Below, in pieces: positions 50,151 to 56,931 of a DNA stretch of 56,931 bases. The position numbers and the translations under genes were made by a program. Each line of letters opens with the position of its first letter. The first letter of the stretch is position 1. The notes beneath the pieces were generated by a model. That model was given only the letters and a program-made list of their open reading frames with translations. It had not been told where the DNA came from and searched no databases. Source of the DNA: Chromera velia (Eukaryota); contig JAHBMJ010000092.1 in assembly GCA_018398765.1 (NCBI GenBank), positions 1-56,931 of the forward strand, written 5' to 3'.

Positions 50151-50579
50151 CTAGGCAACAGCCAACATTTTCCCTATAATTATATAATACACATGTGATA
50201 CTCAACAACATGTATGTATCATATGTAACACATATATGACACGCCGTTATACATATATTTTTTTTTTGTACTGACAACCGTTTTCAAATTCAATCTTTAA
50301 TCTAGTCTTTAATTAAGATTAATTAAAGTTGTATGTACATCTATGTATACTTTTATTCAAATTTATCAATCAATCACTTATCTATATATCGCTTAAGACT
50401 ACGTTTCATATCTGATTTATTATTTTAATATCTCCACATACTCCAAGTCTGCAGCAATGCAACAACTATAATTCTGAGTTGCAAAGATTGATCATTAATT
50501 CTGATTGAATCTAATTAATAATAGGAATGATCATTGATACTAACATTGATGAGTCAATTGACGAACCATTGCAAGCCTA

Positions 50580-51180
50580 ATTTACTCAAAATCTTCACTG
50601 TCGTAATCCTTTTTATCCTCTGAGTGCGAGAGACCGTCTGACATGTTCAGCAACTCAAAATCTGAATCCCCCTCCTCCGGTATACCGTGCAGGAGGGACG
50701 GCAGCTTCCCATCTGTCTTCGCATTCTGTATCAAATGCTTAATTTTTTTTCCAATGCACTTGTTCTTTCCTAGCTGGAAGGTCTCAAGACTCGGTAACGA
50801 CTCGGGTCTAAGGGATGTGAAGAAATCAGACAGGCCATCATAGGCCGTCCTCTTCTATGTCGTTATACAACAGATTGAATTTGGTCAGACTAGGAAGCTC
50901 AGAGACTTGCAATGCCTCCGAGAGAGACTCCATAAAATAGTCCTTCAGACCACAGTCGAAAAAGTCATGAGGTCTCTCAACTTTGGAAACTTCTTCTGCC
51001 TTACAGCGTTATAGAAGGCAGCATCGGAGAGGTGTTTATGGCCTGCAAAGTGAAAGATTTCAAGGAGGGGAAAACCCTTCTCAGACTCGCACACAGCTGT
51101 AAATAGAGTGTCAAGATTATTTGACTTATGCCGCTTATATCTCTGTCTAACTTCACGGATAGAATTTCGGACCGTCATTC
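50580..51180 (-). pseudogene. LRR-family pseudogene, 3' part
   Basis: GFPLLEIFHF, KFPKLRDL, SLPSLETFQLGKN and an acidic tail, with stops and frameshifts. Confidence 0.65.
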
Positions 51181-51192
51181 GGGGCCGTTCAG

Positions 51193-51390
51193 GGCATTTG
51201 AAAGGGCAGGTTTGATTTCTTTTCCAATATACTCAAGGAAGGCAAGCTGCCCATATTAAACACTTTACTCCTCGAACATGTACTCACTGACAGTGATTCT
51301 ATACAGAAACTTGCTGAGGCAGTCAGGGGAGGGCACCTGAGTGGGCTCCGTACTCTAATCCTGTCATACCTCAAAAGCCCCCCTCACGCA
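51193..51390 (+). pseudogene. LRR exon fragment in the opposite orientation
   Basis: GKLPILNTLLL..IQKLAEAVRGGHLSGLRTLIL, followed by a GTCTGT donor at 51391. Confidence 0.65.
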
Positions 51391-51773
51391 GTCTGTCTGT
51401 CCGTCTCTCTATCCATCCATCCATCTATCCGTCTGTCTATCTGTCTATCCATCCGTCTGTCCATCCGTCCATCTATCTATCCGTCTGTCTGTCCGTCTGT
51501 CTGTCTGTTCATCCATGCGTCTGTCTGTCCGTCCCTTTATCTGTCTGTCCATCCGTCTGTCTGTCCATCTGTCCATCCGTCCATCTATCTGTCTGTCTGT
51601 CTGTCTGTCCGTCTGTCTATCCATCCATCTATCCATCTGTTTGTCGGTCTGTCCGTCCCGGACCGCCTGATAGTGTCTGTCTATCAGTCTGTCTGTCTGT
51701 CTGTCCGTCCGTCTGTCTGTCTGTCTGTCTATCTATCCGTCTGTCCATCTGTCTGTCTGTCCGTCTATCTGTC

Positions 51774-51805
<32 letters not shown>

Positions 51806-52420
51806 CGTCCGTCCATCCGTCCGTCTGTCTATCCATCCGTCCGTCTGTCCGTCTGTCCGTCCGTCCATCCATCCGTCTGTCCGTTTGTTTGTCGGTCCAT
51901 CCGTCCATCCGTCCGTCCATTCGTCTGTCTATCTGTCTATCCATCCATCTGTCTGTCTGTTTGTCAGTCTGTCTGTCCATCCGTCTGTCTGTCCATCTGT
52001 CCGTCCGTCCGTCTATCTGTCTATCTGTCTGTCCGTCCGTCTGTCTATCCATCCATCTATCCATCTGTTTGTCGGTCTGTCCGTCCCGGACCGCCTGATA
52101 GTGTCTGTCTATCAGTCTGTCTGTCTGTCTGTCCGTCCGTCTGTCTGTCTGTCTATCTATCCGTCTGTCCATCTGTCTGTCTGTCCATCTATCTGTCCGT
52201 CTGTCTGTCTGTCCGTCTGTCTGTCCGTCCGTCCGTCCATCCGTCCGTCTGTCTATCCATCCGTCCGTCTGTCCGTCTGTCCATCCGTCCATCCGTCCGT
52301 CTGTCCGTTTGTTTGTTGGTCCATCTGTCCATCCGTCCGTCCATTCGTCTGTCTATCTGTCTATCCATCCATCTGTCTGTCTGTTTGTCAGTCTGTCCGT
52401 CCATCCGTCTGTCTGACCTT
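51391..52420 (+). repeat. (TCTG/TCCG/TCCA/TCTA)n with a ~430-bp higher-order duplication
   Basis: CCCGGACCGCCTGATAG recurs near 51657 and 52085. Confidence 0.93.
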
Positions 52421-52954
52421 CCATCTACCAATGTGTGTATCCACCTATCAAGGTCGGTCTCATTCTCCCTCTCCCTCTCCCCCCCTCTCTTTTTCTATGT
52501 GTGTACGTGTGTTGTAACACCTTCCTGCTGCTTTGGATAGTGGAAGAACAGACGGAAAGCTAGACCTAGAGACGCGGCCTAGACAGAGAGACGGATCTAT
52601 AAACTCTCCAGACTTTAGCTCAGTCTGAAGATCTCAGTCAGCTAAAGGATTAGATATAGATAAATCCTTAGCCCTTCGTAGAGTTGAGAGGATTCGTAGT
52701 TGAACTTGGACTTGAAGTTAAACTTCTGCTAGCTTGCTAAGAAAGCACAGACTCACAACTGGACAAACAGAACGAACGATCTCAGCGAGACGGCTGAGGG
52801 TGAATTAAATCTGACCAGTCCCCGCGCGAATGCAAAAACAAGCTTTCCGGGGCTAGGCAGGCAGATCGAATGCGGCGGCAGGCGATCGAAGGCAAGGCGG
52901 CACGCATGTGAGAAGGACCGAACGGCGGTGGCGGGACGGCGCCGAGAGGTAGGA

Positions 52955-55900
52955 CACTACACATCCCCCCCTCTTACCGGCAAAAAAATCGCGCCCTCGC
53001 GATATTCCGAACACAATCGAGCATGCGCGTAGACAGACTGAAAGCACAGCCGCTCAAGAATCATACTCAAATCCAGCTCAACGGAAGACATGCATACACA
53101 CTGCGGGCCCGGCATCGTCAATGCCGGGGTCCATGGGCCATGGACAAACCATGGGCTCAATGCCTGACCTTTTTCTGGCATTGAGCCCTCCTGCCCTCCT
53201 GTTTCTGGCATGGAGGCAAACATACACAGATGAACAATATGACCCCACAACCTTCTTAGTTGACTTCAGTGTTACTGATGCCTGTACTTTTTTGTAGTAG
53301 AAACAGTTTCTGGGACGGCGAGATCGAGATCTCGACATTTGAGTTTTTTTCTCACTGTTGCTCGGAGACGTCCACTCTGATCCCAACTCCTTAAGAGCTT
53401 GTAGCCCATGTTCGTTGCACTCTGTGTGATCCAAGTGCTTTGCAAACTCTATACTTGTCGATTAGAAACGGTTTGCTTGGGTTCTGCCGCATTTTCTGTG
53501 GTGGAGGGGGTACAGTGTCAGCCCCCAGGTCCAGTTGCCCGGTATGTGAAGGAAAATATCTCCATGCCTCACCCTTGCCCTTTTTGCCCGTTGATTTGCC
53601 GGATACCGCAACAGCTCAATGACCACCTGCTTGTTTGCAAGGGTCGACAAGAAGCAGAGGCCACAGCCCAAGTGAGTGGTAGGCCCATCCAATTTGAAAC
53701 CAATGATGTGGAAGAAGAGTGGGATGGAGTGTATTTGGATCAACGCCCAACAATGAGAGGGGATGCTCTGATCAACTCGCTTCGTGCCGACATTATGAGA
53801 AAAATGAAATGGATTGGGGGCAATTCCTACCGTCGCATTGCAGACATTTTGCAAGATATGAACGAATTGAGCAGGCTGATAGAAAACGAAGGCAGCCAAG
53901 GTAAGAGCCTGTTTCCAGACGCGCTTGCTGAAGATAAAGAAGGTCACGCAGCGAAGCGATTTGCCTTAAAAGAGGGGGTTTTGACACAGGAGTTTGTATT
54001 GAAAAGAATGAAAAGACTTTCAAATAGTGTTTGGGTGGTAGATATGGAACAGTTCTTGAGAGACCTATTGCGTCTTCCACAAGTGGCAGAGGTATGGGAC
54101 TTTGGACCTCCCTCACCACAACACAATCCTGAAGGAATTTGGAGACGTGATGATTTCGATGGAGACGAGATGAAGAGCATCTTCAATGGAGGTCAGTCAA
54201 GTATTATTTTCTTTTTTCCCGCCAATTTTTGGACCTTCCTTCACCTTATCTTCCTTCTCATTTTCCTCTCTTTCCTTTTTTTCTTACCCTTCTTCCTTCT
54301 TTCAGAGTTTAGTCTTCTCTCGTTTGCCTCCTTCGATCATCCTCCCTCCTTCCACCATTCTCTTCCTTTTGTCCCTGTATCTCATTCCTGCAGATGCGTG
54401 CAGAACTTACCCTCTCCTCTGTGGTGGTCCACAGAGAGAATGGTCTAGGGATAGGCTTATTAAGAAATATCAGGAGGCTCTAGACAGAGGAGAAAGAACT
54501 GAAGATGAAACGGATGTGGGGGAAGAGTCCGAAAATGAAGAGGGAGAAGAGGAAGAGGAAGAGATAGAGGACGGGCTGGATAGGGGGGGTGTGAATGATG
54601 GGGCAAGCGATTGTGCCTCTGATGATGAAGCAGCAGACCTGGCCGCACACTTTCATACAAGAAAGAATCGCGCTCGCGAGGATGAGCGGGTTCAAGCAAT
54701 CCCTCGTGACAGTTTGAAAGAAATGTGGGTTTGGTTCGGAACTTCGAATGATGATGCAACACTTTCCAACCCCCTTCAGAAAGGAGCAACCAAATGCCTT
54801 CAGTGGGAGCTCATGCTCCTAAACCTTCACGGAAGGCTTCGTTGGTCTTTTATGGCTCTCTACTGCTCTGTGGCGCTGCCGCAGTTAAAAGACCTTCCAG
54901 GGGGGTTGCAAGCAGGTATTGATGCCCTGCTTGACGACTTGATGAGTTTCTTTCAAAGGCTTGCAAAAGGAATTCCGATGGCAACGATTTGGGGGGACCG
55001 GATGGTAAGGGGGTCTCTACTCGTTGCTTTTTTCGACATGCCCGTAGCTTGTTTAACAATGAATCACAAAGACATTTCCTCTGCAATTCGTTGTTGCCTC
55101 AGTTGTAAATTTATGCGTCATTTGTTGGACAATCCAGTGAAATGCAAACAGTGTGAGGAGGTGTCTCCAGAAGAGTACGAATGGGCAGCCGATAAGGTCA
55201 ACAGTCTCCCCACCAAAACAGAGAAGGAGGCGTTTCGAAAGCAAAAAGGAATCAAGGGCGGCACTCCGTTGAGGCGCTTGTATGAGTTCTCAGGAGTGCA
55301 TTTTCTTTTTATTTTTTTGATCGACTTGATGCATATTACTCTAGAGGGGGTACTTTCCTTTCATGTCTTTTCCCTTTTCAGGTGGGGGATTGAGGGAAAA
55401 CTGCTGTGCGTTAAGAAACCGAAGTTGACCGCGAGAAAGGAAGGGTTGGATGTTAACGCGTGGTTATCAAAAGTACACTGGTCTCGTGCAGAAAGCCCGA
55501 ATGCACTCAGAGAAGTGCTGGAGCAAGCAGTTGATGGAAAGGCAAAATCCTTCTCGACCACTGCCTCAAAAATGTTGTATTTCTTCCCAATTTTCCTTGC
55601 TCTCCTGTATGAGGCCATTGCTGCATCACCCGCTCGAGCCATACATATACATGCGGACCAGCACCTTGCTTGTTTTATCACTCATTGCCAGATTCTCTCT
55701 TTTTTGTTTGCGCCAACTGCTCGTCGCTGCCTTCTGAGCTGGTTAGAGAGACTTATTAATGCATTTTTCAGACTGTTCTGGGCCCTTTATAGAACAGGTC
55801 GGCGTCCAAAGTTTCATGCGTACACTCATTTCCCTTCCCTGATTTTGCGATTTGGCCCTCTTCGGTATTTGTGGGCGATGGCAACTGAAGGCATGCACCA

Positions 55901-56931
55901 GCTTCCAAAGTTTTTCATCAGTCGGGGGGGGTCAAACAGAAAAAATATCAATAAACAGAATGTGATGGGGTTTCTGTTCACTTTTTTCCTTTCTCTTATT
56001 TACCCTGTTCGAGCTCGAACGCGATACGTCGGTGACGAGGTCACAGAAGGCTGCATTGTGGGTAGAGAGAACAAGCTATACAGAATCATCGACGTAACTT
56101 TGGATTACGTGCTTTTGTCTCAACTCTCTGTAACAGAGCCGTTTCTTCTGTCGCCAGTTCTTATTGCACACGACAGGGGAGAAAACCTTTCGCGAAGAGT
56201 CAGAGAGGAGGTTGCAAATTTTGAGTTTTACAGCTTTCTTCCCTCAGAAATGCACGCAAGAGGTTGGTGGGTTTTTCCCGGACTGAAGGACATCATTTAA
56301 CGATTGATGAAACTTACCAAAAATTTTGTTGAGAAATAATTTTTCTACTATTTTTTTAAAGTGATTTTATCTATATTCACCCTAAGTTTTAGATCATTTA
56401 AAATTGCAAGCTAGAGCTATCCCTCTAATAAACAATCATTTGCCTCATTTGGAATCATTTAAACACTTTTAAACACTTTGTATTTTATTTTATAACACTT
56501 AACGATTGATCAAACTCACCAAAAAATTTGTTGAGAAATATTTTTTCTATTATTTTTTTAAAGTGCTCTTCGACTGTTTGGTTTGATCAGGATAGCAAAA
56601 AAATGACAGTGTAGAATTTTGTGCAAATCTGCGACGATATAGCCAGACACGCAATGTTTCTATAGAGAAAGAATCAAAGAAATCCTCGGGTAGATTCCTG
56701 ACCATCGGTCAGATGATTTTATCTATATATTCATCCTAAATCTATTCATCCTAAATCTTATATCATTTAACGTAATTTTAACGTTGCAGGCTATAGGGCT
56801 GTCCATCTTGAAATATTTTTTTTTTTATTTTTTTTTTTGTTTTTTTAAATGCAAATTTGTTTTGTCAATCACGAGACAAGCTTTTCACGCTTGTCGGGAC
56901 TTCCACTTCTCGCCCTAGTTGACTGAGAAGG
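52955..56931 (+). mobile_element. EnSpm/CACTA (CMC) transposon, termini uncertain
   Basis: Transposase gene; CACTAC at 52955 is a candidate left end; AT-rich direct repeats at ~56297-56365 and ~56498-56565. No matching right TIR found in the window. Confidence 0.5.
53564..56300 (+). CDS. EnSpm/CACTA-type transposase, apparently intact; exons 53564-54191 and 54394-56300 (~844 aa)
   Basis: N-terminal CPFC..H...C finger; NDDATLSNPL, FDMPVA..CLSC, DLMHITLEGV, PKFH..HFP..FGPL..WAMATE. Phase-1 intron GTCAGT..CTGCAG. Confidence 0.9.

Noticed and set aside
44750..50270. Outer element enclosing three insertions
   Set aside because: Only a 9-bp inverted match (ATGTATAAC) next to A/T runs, and no TSD.

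Overview
Eukaryotic nuclear DNA with spliceosomal introns and very long microsatellites. Gene content and style suggest a chromerid alveolate such as Chromera; this is an inference. Two apparently intact host genes lie head-to-head: a probably plastid-targeted RNase III with two dsRBD-like domains (minus, 24863-29329) and a PA-domain vacuolar sorting receptor (plus, 30014-34262). The rest is a dense, partly nested set of DNA transposons and pseudogenes. (1) A 5.8-kb P-type element splits an ankyrin pseudogene and carries a divergent second gene with a BED-like zinc finger. (2) A hAT-like element holds a nested TIR element. (3) A truncated Helitron carries a tRNA-like Pol III unit. (4) A 5.45-kb TIR element encodes a RAG1/Transib/Chapaev-like transposase plus a convergent partner gene. 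(5) Several MITE-like elements follow. (6) An apparently intact EnSpm/CACTA-type transposase lies at the right end. Two patterns span the window: a 12-bp motif (CTTTCCGGGGCC) upstream of genes in several unrelated elements, and a strong C>T/G>A bias between repeat copies. All family calls come from motif recognition by eye; no searches were run.
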